A stretch of DNA of 63,331 nt, counting the filler, from Nemertoderma westbladi (Eukaryota > Animalia > Xenacoelomorpha): assembly GCA_032718475.1 (NCBI GenBank). It is 3 parts of 3 records of this genome, joined end to end, with 100 filler letters (N's around TTAATTAATTAA, not from the genome) between each part and the next. Parts side by side here need not be neighbours in the genome. Positions count along the whole stretch, not along the records: positions 1 to 18,292 come from JAUCBJ010001091.1; positions 18,393 to 44,760 come from JAUCBJ010003961.1; 1 more part is not named here. One strand, written 5' to 3'. Made by a program: the position numbers and the translations under genes. The notes under the pieces are model-generated. The model was not told where the DNA came from. It made no database searches and worked only from the letters and a program-made list of their open reading frames with translations. Shown piece by piece: positions 11,687 to 22,643 of the stretch; the stretch's first letter is position 1; the number at the start of each line of letters is the position of its first letter.

Positions 11687-13507
11687 GAGATCGAGAGGGC
11701 ACAATTACAGTAATTGATACGTTCAGTGAAGATCAAACTGAAACAAAGAAAAGTATCAAAAAGGTAGAAGATATATTGGAGGAAACGAGAGAAGTGAAGG
11801 AAATTGTTGAGTATATTGGATGGGTTGGTCCCATAAATAAACCACTTCAAGGTAAGATAACTAATATAATTAAATCTACTCTTGATGTTCTATCTGATAA
11901 GGAGAAAGAACTTTACTTTAGACTGGATGCAGATATTTCTGAGTTAACAACCCAGAATCTGGTTAGTATTTGGGGTTTAAATGAAGTTTCAACAATAGAA
12001 ATTGCTAATAAATTCAGAGACATGGGACTAATGATTATGAATATAAGTGGATCAAATACACTGAAACTTCCAAAATTTTTAATTAAATATATAAAAGAAC
12101 AAAAACTACCAATAGAGATACTGGCGAGAGGCCCAGAAGCATTGGCTGCATATAAAGCAGCTCTTTCTAAAGGGACGACATGGATACTGAAAACCCGGTT
12201 AATGTTAGTAGGACAAGAGAGGGCTGGTAAAACTAGTTTGAAGAAGTCCCTTATTGGTGAACCGTTTGATAAGAATGAACCAATAACAGATGGTATTTAT
12301 TCAGTGGCTAATTGTGTTATAGATACTGATAAACACTCTGACTGGACTAACTTAAAGAAGGGTGATATATTAGTGGCTGATCCAAATTTTGCTGTGGCAA
12401 AGAAAATGGCAAAAAGTGTTCTAGAATCCAAAGTTCTTGAAGATACAGCTAATGTGGACAGTAGAAATATAAACAATGATGATCAATCAATTTCATCAGT
12501 ATTATCTGGTGAAAATAGCGATAGAGACATGAATAATAGCACCAGTTCTTATGATGAGCCTGTTAAAATAGAAGGCAGCAAGGAAATTAGAGAAGATATT
12601 TCAGTAGATAACGAAAGAGGAAATATATCTGATAGCGGAAATGACGTCACACAATATGAATCAAAATTTGAGGACAATAAATATGATATCCCTTCAGAAA
12701 TTACAAAAAGTGTAGAAGAGATATTGTTATCTGGTAAACCTCAAGATATTCTGGCTAAATCTAATGAGGAAGACAGTCGCTTTTCTCTACAGATAGTCGA
12801 TTTTGGTGGCCAATGTATTTATTACACAACCCATCAGATGTTTCTAAGTAGACGGGCTATTTATATCGTTGTGTTTAACCTTTCGCATGAACTTTCTGAT
12901 CAGGCTGAAATTATAGTGGGAGCTGAAGATGAAAATATTCACAAAGTTTATGGTGATATGAAGAATATAGATTTTATTGATTTTTGGTTCCGTAATATTT
13001 TCACATTTAGCAACAAATTATTTTGCGTTCCTGAAACTACTTCACCTCCAGTATTTATTGTTGGAACCAATAAATGCGATCCAAAAATAAAAACTGGTTT
13101 CGTAAGAAATCAATTCACTAATATTTTAAGTTTCATAAATAAAATGTCGTATAAAAAACTTGTTAGAAATTATTTTGCTATTGAGAATGACCCGGAACTG
13201 AGGTCTGTTGGTGATAAGGAACTTGAGGCGCTACAGAAAGAAATTGTAGAAGAAATGGTTAAATTTAAGGAAGAAATACCTTTACAATATCTTAAGTTTC
13301 AACAGCTGGTCACTAAATTATTAGCTCGTGATAAAATTTTTGTTGATGTGCTGGACTTGGATAATTTATTAACGGAGATAGGAGTTGTTTTTGAAGGTTC
13401 AGGTTTGAAAACAATGTTGAATTTCCACCACGATTTGGATACAATAATATACTTCGATGATGAGTCATTGAGAAATACAGTTATATTGAGCCCAGAGTGG
13501 TTGAGCG
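11687..13507 (+). CDS. WD40-WHD-Roc-COR protein, exon 2: end of last WD40, winged-helix-like region, Roc GTPase, N-terminal COR
   Basis: Acceptor ATACAG|GA at 11687, phase 1 and in frame with ORF 11776. Splicing gives HIITG-DREGTITVID, completing a WD40 repeat. Pre-Roc motif PIEILARGPEALAAYKAAL; P-loop LMLVGQERAGKTSL; TDGI; DFGGQ; VGTNKCD; COR-like LNFHHDLDTIIYF...VILSPEWL. Putative donor G|GTACAC after 13507, otherwise a stop at 13566. Confidence 0.85.
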
Positions 13508-14174
13508 GTACACTCTTAAAAATTATATTGTGTCATTGGCAATTTGGTGATTGTCAAATTTTTTGACAAAAAACATTTTGTCATATGCATTATAATTATA
13601 TGTATTGTTATTTTGTTAAAACATATAACTAATTTTATTTTATTGGAATAGTTTTGTCAAAATGACAAACTATAAATTGTATATTTGACAATATAAATAA
13701 ATATACAATATAAAGCAACAACTTTATTTTGTCATTTGGATTAGTAAAATAAATATTGTTAAATTAACAATATAATTATACGGTTTTGCGCGCAATGCAT
13801 GATGGGAAAAATTATTATCCAGAATGCATGAGCGAATTTTAGGATACTTAATGCATGCAATACACTAGCAATAGGACTACCCTAATTGTTATTTATATTT
13901 TGATAGGAAGGTAGAAGTAGCTGTCTGGATTGTCTGCCTGTACCGGTCGGTACCAACCATTGTAACAGTACCAACCATTGTAACGGTACCAACCATTGTA
14001 ATTTTAATTGTAATTGTAATATTGTAATTTTCATACTATAATTTTGTGATTAGTTATACCATAGTTTCCTTGTATTGGTATAGACTGTTGTAGGTCTGAG
14101 GTAGTGGAGCGCTGTAGATAAGTTTAATTAAAGTTGGAGTGTGCACCTGGTAACACTTTGAAGCACGCAACATT

Positions 14175-14360
14175 ACTAAAATTACCCCTTCGATACCAGA
14201 TTCTATTTTCGACGGAATTTAGTATGTCTGTGTGTCTGTCAAAAAATAATGAAACTCAATTGTACTGATGTAGCTAAAATGTTACGGGTTTTCCTAATCG
14301 CTGATTTCATTTACGATGTCAGTTTTCATGTTTGGTGGAATCTGAACTTTCTGATTTTTT
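14175..14360 (-). mobile_element. Fragment of the ACAG-microsatellite (Helentron/HINE-like) family also at 20200-20870
   Basis: Reverse-complement similarity to the ~20500-20720 subunits (TGAAAACTGACATCG.AAATGAAATCAGC). Confidence 0.5.
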
Positions 14361-14728
14361 TTGATGCAGGAACTTATGCATTATTTTCGCAGTCTATTTT
14401 ATGTGTGCTTCAACCGCGGTACTCACATGTTAACCGCAAATATTAGTCATCCCTTCAAAATTGATGTGTCTTTCCCAGACTTACAGATATTTCCGCCGAA
14501 TTTACACCTTCCGCAAGAGGAACAATGTGATCCGCACTTTCCTGACACTTGGTAAGGCAGTAGAGGAAACCGTGGCATTAATTGGAAGTTTAACTGAAAC
14601 TTTTCATCTCATTTTAATGAAAATTTTCAGCCTCCAATAACTGGATGCCAATTCTCGCTGCATGACCTGTTATTTATAGTACACCTTGCTGCGGCTGTAT
14701 CCAGTATTATGATACGGTATTAAACTAT

Positions 14729-15600
14729 GTGACTAAACTACCTTGGAAACCCATATCCATCATAGTGGGTATGGACTGCCCGATGGCCCACGAAAGAGTA
14801 CAGACGATCTTCGGGGAAGATAGACAGCGGGATCCGACGGCGATTCTCACGCCGTTCGGATGGACGCTTAGCGGCCCAATTAAAACCAAGATTCCATCCA
14901 GGGTGTCGGAGACATCAGGGTGCATGCTACCAGGCACCATTAAGGATGCAGAGGAGAAACCAGAGACGGTAGATAACCTAGAAGCGGAAGTAACAGCAAG
15001 AGAGTGGGCGGAGGAGAATGGATTCGACGCGGAAGATTTAGAGACAATGGGATGGAACAAGGATGTTCCCAGCAAGTATCGGTATGGGGATGGAGAGGAG
15101 TGGACGGCGAGATGTCCGGAGGACAACAGTCCGGAGGAGTGTCCAGAGGAGTGTCCGGAGGAGTGTCCGGAGGAGTGTCCGGAGGAATGTCCAGAGGAGT
15201 GTCCGGAAGAGACGCTGGTCTGGTTGAGAGGCATACTGACAAGGGGGAGGTCGAGTAAGAAGACAGGATGGAGAGGGATAGGAGTACTATTGTCCGTTCT
15301 GTTTTATCTATTCTTCCGATTTCTTTTCATTCTACCGGCAGGCAAAGACCAGATGAAGGGTGGCATTTTGCTGCCAGGAGATCAGGAAGTTAAGAAGGCG
15401 GCGGAGAGACCCGATTTTAGGGTGGCGGGAGAGGGAGAACCAAATTTTCGGGGTGAGTTGGAATTGGCGAGGAAAGTGGGTCGAAAGATAAGAGGAGCTA
15501 CAGGGGGGCAGTGGGAGAGTGCCTCATGGAAGAATCGATGGAAGATCGAGGGGCACCTTAGAGTTTAGTCGTCCAATGTGTTGGACTGAGGGGGGTGGGA
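14729..15600 (+). mobile_element. Internally deleted BEL/Pao LTR-retrotransposon internal region (protease C-terminus, ECPE repeats, PPT)
   Basis: IIVGMD...PTAILTPFGWTLSGP is the BEL/Pao protease-end motif. No RT/RNaseH/IN motifs follow. Purine tract GAGGGGGGTGGGAA precedes a TG at 15602. Confidence 0.65.
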
Positions 15601-15770
15601 ATGAGGGCAAGACGCCCTTCCCACACAAATAATAAAATAAATAAAATAATTAAATATTTAAATAATAAAATAAGTAGAAAGTAGAAAGTAATAGTTAGTA
15701 GAAGTTAGATAGTAAATAGAAATTTAGATAGTAAGTAGTAGTTAGTAAGTAGTTAGAAGTTAGTAAGAAA

Positions 15771-16050
15771 TGAATTGTTGTGGGGTGAGTGACGGTTAGT
15801 TAAATATATAATGTAGATAGGACAATATGATAATGCTCTCCATAGCGAAAAATATCAACCGACCCTGTTGGGGCTCGAACCCGGTACCTAGGTTTCAAAC
15901 TTACGGTTATCATCAGCCGGGTGTGTGTACTGAGCTACCAGATCGGATGAAGATTTCACTATGGAGTGGGATATCATATTTAGGCCAACTAATCACTCAA
16001 AAGTGATTAGTTGGCCTAAATATGATATCCCTAGGTTTGAAACCTAGGTA
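15771..16050 (-). mobile_element. Penelope-like/retrozyme-like non-autonomous insertion: tRNA scaffold plus hammerhead
   Basis: Interrupts the AG-rich LTR. Contains a tRNA-like unit (15859-15946, minus strand), a 30-bp-arm hairpin (15968-16031) and a terminal inverted GAAACCTAGGTA. Confidence 0.6.
15880..15921 (-). ncRNA. Minimal type I hammerhead ribozyme motif
   Basis: Minus strand reads CCCGG-CTGATGA-TAACCGTAAGTTT-GAAAC-CTAG-GTA-CCGGG: perfect stem I, intact CUGAUGA and GAAA cores, palindromic CCUAGG loop III, GUA cleavage triplet. Stem II is short and imperfect. Confidence 0.7.
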
Positions 16051-16740
16051 GTAGCAGAGAGTGGTTGTGGGCACCGAAAGCGCCACGTAGTTAAGAGAGT
16101 TAGTTAGAAGAGTCAGTAGAGTTAAGAGAGTTACGTAGAGAGTTAGTAGAGTTAGTATAGTTAGTAAAGTTAGCAGAGTTAGTAGAGTGAAGAAGTAAGT
16201 AGCAAGAGAGTAGAGTTAGTAGTAAGTAAGAAGTAAGTAGCAAGGTAGGTAGAATGATAGCACACAGTATGGTAGCATAAGAGATTTAGCACCTTTGTGA
16301 GTGGTAGAGAGTAGAGGAGCACAGGGAAGTATGGAGAGGAGGTGTTGACTGGATGAGAGAGAATGAGAGGAGTGCGATTCAGAGTGGTGTTAAAGTAGAG
16401 TGGAGTGAAGTTAGATAGAGTGGAGTGGAGTTAGATAGACTAGAATAGAGTAGAGTGGAGTTAGTGAGAAATCAGAGTTCAGAGTGAGAGGGTTTTTAAA
16501 ATTGTATGAGAATCCACAATTGTCTCAAACAGAGACGCCAGATGTCTTGGTGCAACATAGGTTGCGGTTGCACCAAGAAGGGGTAGTAATATCATACCCA
16601 GAGGGAGCGGCCTGGAAAGCCGACTCCAAGTAAACGAACACACCCCACACCCGATAGTAGGTCGGGTTCCAGCGGAATTGTACAGTAGCGCAATCATAGG
16701 TGATGCTATCTTCTCACCGGGAAGATAGCATGGGGGGGAG

Positions 16741-17359
16741 TGTGAGCGGATTCAATTCCGCCTCATTACCCCCATAAAGTAGGGAAGTGGCGCCCTTTTC
16801 AGCAATATTGGAGATACGAGATTGATAACAACCAATTTCGTATCACACCCAATAACGGGGACAACGCACACCCCAAAAGCCACACAAAGGGAGGTTAGAG
16901 GTAAAACCACCTCGAGAGGGAAAGTAACCGACAGCAGGGGGGAAGCACTCCCACAGAGGTGAGAGGCATGAAGTAGATTATTAGCCAATAGGGGCGAGGG
17001 AGAGCATCCGCTAGGTAATAAGGCCACAGTACCGTAAGAATGATTAGATATATATTGTCAATACATTCAGTTGCCGGTTCAGTTTACTCAGTCATCAGTT
17101 CAGTGCAGACCGGTGATATTTTGCACCGTCACCCAATAATATCTTTGTCACATTACCGGTACATATCTCATCAATCTATTATTGCTGCCTAATTGTAACT
17201 TACTGTGTTATATACAGTATATATACTCCATTAACTCCAAGAAACATCAATCAACTCTTATCATTTCACTACAACGGCCTCGGCCCAGGTATCACCCAAA
17301 GGTAAACACGGTGACGCGTAGTAAATTAAATCCGGTCGGGATCCTTTGATCCCGTCACA
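16741..17359 (+). mobile_element. LTR (~620 bp) of a second LTR retrotransposon, with upstream PPT
   Basis: GGGGGGGAG immediately before TGTGAGCGGATTCAA. Ends TTGATCCCGTCACA (imperfect terminal inverted repeat, TG...CA). Confidence 0.65.
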
Positions 17360-18292
17360 TAGTAAGTTGAGAGACAAACTGTAAGTTGAGTTGGCCAAAC
17401 TAACTTTGTCACTGTCACTAATTAGTTTTATTTATTTTTTTATTTTAACTTTCAATATACCTCATTATTTCACATAATGAAACTTTTTATATTTCTGGGT
17501 TCTGGGTAAATTTATTTCAGGGTTTGTCTTTTTGCCATATGTGTACGTATTTGAAATAGTTCCCGAAGCCTACCGTAGGCTACCGTATGTGGGACGTATT
17601 TGCCCGTATTCAGGAAGCAGTAGTCAGTGCAATGCAGCACTACTGCACTATGGCTAAATCTCACGGTACTGTACCTTTCCTATTTATCCATGTTTATAGA
17701 CCTGTACGTACAGTACAGGTAAATAATACAGCGGCCGGCTGTACTGTGGTAAGATTATACAGCTCGCGCTTTGTGGGGTGAGCCACGACGTTGTCGGAGC
17801 CTTAGTGAACTGACAACGTTAGGGGTGGGAAAATAATGGCAAATAGTTGTTGACGCCGCGACGTAGTCTTCGTTACGATTTGACATGCTAATAACTTTGT
17901 CGGATTTAAGGTATAACCTCATGGGGCTATCCTAGGTACACCATATTATTTTTCTACATTTATTATAGGAAGGGATCCAGGTGGAGAGCGCAAATGGAGC
18001 ATTTGCGCCGTGCGAGCGCATGGCCGACGGCGTTGGCCATGTGGTATTGTTCTAGAATATTACAGTATTATTAATGCCATGTATAGTTAAAAGTTAAAGC
18101 CCATGTTGCTGATGGAAAATATCAAATGCCTACCTTGATTTTGTTAAGGTCAGTTTTGTTTATTCATGAAGGCTTACATATATAAGTATACATGGGCATA
18201 ATATTCCAAATACTTTTGTTGCGCCTGTCGATTCGTATAAATCGTCAGGCGCATAAACCCCCCCAATTTATATTACTTGTGTATTATTATTT

Positions 18293-18392
18293 NNNNNNNN
18301 NNNNNNNNNNNNNNNNNNNNNNNNNNNNNNNNNNNNTTAATTAATTAANNNNNNNNNNNNNNNNNNNNNNNNNNNNNNNNNNNNNNNNNNNN
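18293..18392. other. Assembly gap linker
   Basis: N44-TTAATTAATTAA-N44, a six-frame-stop spacer identical to 44761-44860. Confidence 0.95.
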
Positions 18393-18679
18393 ATTAATTA
18401 GACAATTTAAAGTTATTTACCGACCAAAAAGGTATAAAAGGTGCCGACAGAGAAAATAAATTCAGTTCACATATTTTCCCCCTTATTTTTCCGCTTTTTG
18501 ACTGCCCGTAATTATTCTTCCCCCGATATTTTTGACAGTAACAAAGTCGAAGTGTGTTCTCAGCGCTAAAAGTTTCCAAGTAAAGCGAGAAAGGATAAAT
18601 CAGCATTTTACGGTTACTTTACGAAAGCAAAGACTGACAGTATTACGGAAGTATTATTATTACTTATAATTATTATAAT

Positions 18680-19946
18680 AGTAAAAATATCGCGAATACA
18701 AATATCGCGAGTAAAAATATCATGATTAAAATATCGCGAGTAAAAATATCGCGAGTAAAAATATCACGAGTAAAAATATCGCGAGTAAAAATATCACGAG
18801 CAAAAATATCGCGAGTAAAAATATCGCGAGTAAAAATATCGCGAGTAAAAATATCGCGATTAAAAATATCGCGAGTAAAAATATCGCGAGTAAAAATATC
18901 GCGAGTAAAAATATCGCGAGTAAAAATATCGCGAGTAAAAATATCACGAGCAAAAATATCGCGAGTAAAAATATCGCGAGTAAAAATATCACGATTAAAA
19001 ATATCGCGAGTAAAAATATCGCGAGTAAAAATATCGCGAGTAAAAATATCGCGATTAAAAATATCACGAGTAAAAATATCGCGAGTAAAAATATCGCGAG
19101 TAAAAATATCGCGAGTAAAAATAACGCGAGTAAAAATATCGCGAGTAAAAATATCGCGAGTAAAAATATCGCGAGTAAAAATATCACGATTAAAAATATC
19201 GCGAGTAAAAATATCACGATTAAAAATATCGCGATTAAAAATATCGCGAGTAAAAATATCGCGAATAAAAATATCGCGAGTAAAAATATCGCGAGTAAAA
19301 ATATCGCGAGTAAAAATATCACGAGTAAAAATATCGCGAGTAAAAATATCACGATTAAAAATATCGCGAGTAAAAATATCGCGAAGAAAAATATCGCGAG
19401 TAAAAATATCGCGATTAAAAATATCGCGAGTAAAAATATCGCGAGTAAAAATATCGCGAGTAAAAATATCGCGAGTAAAAATATCGCGAGTAAAAATATC
19501 GCGAGTAAAAATATCGCGAGTAAAAATATCACGAGCAAAAATATCGCGAGTAAAAATATCGCGAGTAAAAATATCACGATTAAAAATATCGCGAGTAAAA
19601 ATATCGCGATTAAAAATATCGCGAGTAAAAATATCGCGAGGAAAAATATCGCGAGTAAAAATATCGCGATTAAAAATATCGCGAGTAAAAATATCGCGAG
19701 TAAAAATATCGCGAGTAAAAATATCGTGAGTAAAAATATCGCGAGTAAAAATATCGCGAGTAAAAATATCGCGAGTAAAAATATTAAGAGTAAAAATATC
19801 GCGAGTAAAAATATCGAGAGGACAAATATCGAGAGTAAAAACATCGGTGAATAAAAATATCGCGAATTAAATATCGAGAGTTAAAATTCGCGAGTAAAAA
19901 TTTGAGAAGTACGGTAATAATATCGCGAGTAAAAATATCGCGAGTA
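18680..19946. repeat. 15-bp tandem array (GTAAAAATATCGCGA)n, ~80 copies
   Basis: Directly visible. Produces the spurious VKISR and IFLLA ORFs. Confidence 0.97.
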
Positions 19947-20199
19947 AGGAAGGCATAAATAATCTCTCTGAAATATGGATCGTAATATCACAATAGTGAT
20001 TATATAAAATTAAAGGTCTATGGTAAAACACAGATGTACAACGCCTGATACGATTGTAATTATCAACATTTGATTGAATGAATTGACTGAATATATTTCA
20101 AGAGGTGCTTATTAATTGACTTAATATTTTTCCAGATGCCAGAGGTGCCTGAAAAGAGATAAATAAGTATGGCCTCATTCAACTAAGGTATAGGGTAAT

Positions 20200-20870
20200 T
20201 TAATTAATTGAAATGTTAATATAACACAACCCACCTGAAAGTTTTGTTGCAAGGGTTTTCCTTGTCGGTAACTTCATATCTGATTCAATTTTCTCATTTG
20301 ACAGCGTCATGTCTGTCTGAATTACTGTCTGTCCGTCAAAATATGACCGACAGCTGAACAGACAAACAGACAATGTGGAATCAAAAATGAAATCACCAAC
20401 CATGAAAACCCCCATAACAAAATTTTTAGCTACAATAGTTGGTGTGCTTTCCTATTACTTTGAGAGACATACAGTATCTCTGGACAGAATGAAAAACCGA
20501 CAGACAGACATACAGACATAGTAGGTTTTGTTTAAAGTGAAAACTGACATCGGAAATGAAATCAGCAAAAATTGTACAAAAATTGTAGCTTGTTGGAATG
20601 GTATCCTTATATTTTGACAGACAGACAGACGGACATACAGACCGACATAGAGACCTAATAGACTTCGCTAAAAGTTTTGTTAAAAGTGAAAACTGACATC
20701 GGATATGAACTCAGCGACCCAAAAAGTCAAATTTAAAAGTTTTAGCTACATAGGTGGTGTGATTTCCTTATATTTTGACAGGCAGATCGTCGGACGGACA
20801 GACATATAGACATAATAGTTTTCGTGAAAAGTAAAAACTTACGATTGGAATTAATTCAGCGACCAGTTGT
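20200..20870 (+). mobile_element. Helentron/HINE-like repeat with ACAG microsatellites and ~130-160-bp internal repeats
   Basis: Repeated GACAGACAGACA...AAAGTGAAAACTGACATCGG.ATGAA.TCAGC blocks. Family assignment is inferred. Confidence 0.5.
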
Positions 20871-21323
20871 GACAGTTTCCACAGACACTTACACGCAGTA
20901 AGGTAAACATAGTCACTGATAAATTTTAACTAGGGCCTACATTAGCTATTAACAAACGGTTTGAAATTGTAAAATCCTCATAAAGATCTGCACCAGGGGG
21001 ACTGAAAATAAAAAATAAACTTTATTCGGAATTAGTCACCCCCCTCCCCTAAGCGACATTTCAAGAAAGTGTTGCGTTTTCCACTACGTGTTTCTCTCCA
21101 TTGGTTGTCAATATATATATATAATATCTATAATATATATAATATCTAGAAGATGTGAATGTCCTGCAAAGTGGAGGCGGTTCTGTTCAAAACTGTTAAG
21201 CTCGGGGGAGACATTTTCAATGTTGTATATTGTCTCGTTGAAGATGATGATTTAGTAAAGATTCTTTCATTAATATAATAATACACTCTATGTGAACACA
21301 TAAAAGTGAGTGAAAGATACAGT

Positions 21324-22643
21324 ATGGCTACAAGATGTCAGTCAAACAAAGTGGTTCCAATTATTTCTTATGATACAAATGAAATTGTTGCAGAAGATGT
21401 CATTAAAAAGGGTTGGAGACTTTACATGTTGGTGGCCATATTGGTGGTGTATCAAATAATACCAGGTTGGTGTCACAGTCTATTGGAGCCCTTTTTCCCA
21501 ATTGTAGTAGAGCATCGTGGTTGGTCAAAGACTCTGATTGGTGCGTTATTTGCATCGTTTTCATTGGTGAGATTTATTATTTACCTTGCATTCCCCCATT
21601 CAATCAACAATTGGGGGACTGGTATCTCTTTGGGTCTATTTGGTGTTATTGGGGCAGTTTCCCAGTTGGCATTCGGGTTTGTAGAATATATTCCTTATAA
21701 CAATGGAATATTATATATACTCATATGTTTTTTATTGCGGATAATTGAAGCTTTTGGGCTAAATATCAGTTTCATGTATTCATACAGCCTATTGATGGAA
21801 TTGTGGCCAACACAACGAACCGTTTTAGCTAGTGTAGCAGTTGTTTGCAGTGGCGTGGGATTAATGGTTGCACCAATTTTTGGTTCAACAATTTTTGCAG
21901 CATTTGGTTTTGAGTTCCCATTTATAATATCCGGTTTGTTGTTTCTTATTATTACACTCTACTGCTGGAAAGAGTCGCCATCGTATATTTATGACAGATG
22001 CCAACCGGACGTGAGACCAACTTATCGGGAACTTTTGAAGAATCCAGCTATTACACTTATCTTTATTTTGCATTCATTTTGGAGATTGCTCTCAGCATTT
22101 ACCATTGCCTTCTATGCTGCGTACATCCATCACGACTACAATATGAGTCAGTACAGCATTGGTCTGATCTATATGATTTGTCCAGGTTTATTTACTTTCA
22201 TTGGCCTAATAATGTCTTTAATGATGAAGAAATTAAAACCTATCATACCAACTATATTTGGTGCAATGTTACTAGCAATATCAATGCAACTAACAGGACC
22301 TACAGAACTACTGGGTTTACCTCAATATCTCGGTATCTCTATTACTGGATGCGTTCTCTTTGGATTCGGGTCTGGATTATACGTTGGCCCTGGGTTGGAA
22401 ACACAAACACAACTGGCTGTGGAGGTTTGTGGCTATCCTGATAATGTTGACACCAGATCCCTTCTCCAACAAATGTTGCGAATTGCACTCTCTGTTGGTG
22501 CTATCATTGGTCCGGTTTTTGGAGGTTTTCTCAATGATTATTTTGGCATGGAGATCGCTTGCTCGCTTCTCAGTATCCTGGGAGTGCCATTTATTTTCTC
22601 TCTCATCGGTGTGTTTACTTTTAAATGTGGTGTTGGAAACTAA
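21324..22643 (+). CDS. SLC18B1: MFS transporter, SLC18B1-like, single coding exon
   Basis: About 12 hydrophobic segments. LLEPFFPIVVEHRGWSKTLIGALFASFSL, LRIIEAFG, GVGLMVAPIFGSTIFAAFGFEFPF and GAIIGPVFGGFL resemble SLC18B1. First ATG at 21324. Confidence 0.8.
   Translation: MATRCQSNKVVPIISYDTNEIVAEDVIKKGWRLYMLVAILVVYQIIPGWCHSLLEPFFPIVVEHRGWSKTLIGALFASFSLVRFIIYLAFPHSINNWGTGISLGLFGVIGAVSQLAFGFVEYIPYNNGILYILICFLLRIIEAFGLNISFMYSYSLLMELWPTQRTVLASVAVVCSGVGLMVAPIFGSTIFAAFGFEFPFIISGLLFLIITLYCWKESPSYIYDRCQPDVRPTYRELLKNPAITLIFILHSFWRLLSAFTIAFYAAYIHHDYNMSQYSIGLIYMICPGLFTFIGLIMSLMMKKLKPIIPTIFGAMLLAISMQLTGPTELLGLPQYLGISITGCVLFGFGSGLYVGPGLETQTQLAVEVCGYPDNVDTRSLLQQMLRIALSVGAIIGPVFGGFLNDYFGMEIACSLLSILGVPFIFSLIGVFTFKCGVGN

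Larger units (their letters stand above)
15602..16684 (+). mobile_element. Putative 3' LTR of the BEL/Pao remnant (interrupted at ~15771-16050)
   Basis: Starts with TG right after the PPT. AG-rich low-complexity interior. The 3' CA end is uncertain. Confidence 0.45.

Noticed and set aside
18293-18392. TTAATTAATTAA palindrome inside N runs (also 44805-44816)
   Set aside because: Identical 100-bp construct at both gaps: an artificial six-frame-stop scaffolding linker. Adjacency across it is unproven.
18722-19844. 335-aa (VKISR)n and 372-aa (IFLLA)n ORFs
   Set aside because: By-products of a 15-bp tandem repeat lacking stops in those frames.
20136-20187. Possible next exon of the Roco gene (TTTTCCAG...AAG|GTATAG)
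   Set aside because: Stops in all three frames, no COR similarity, and it lies across an assembly gap.
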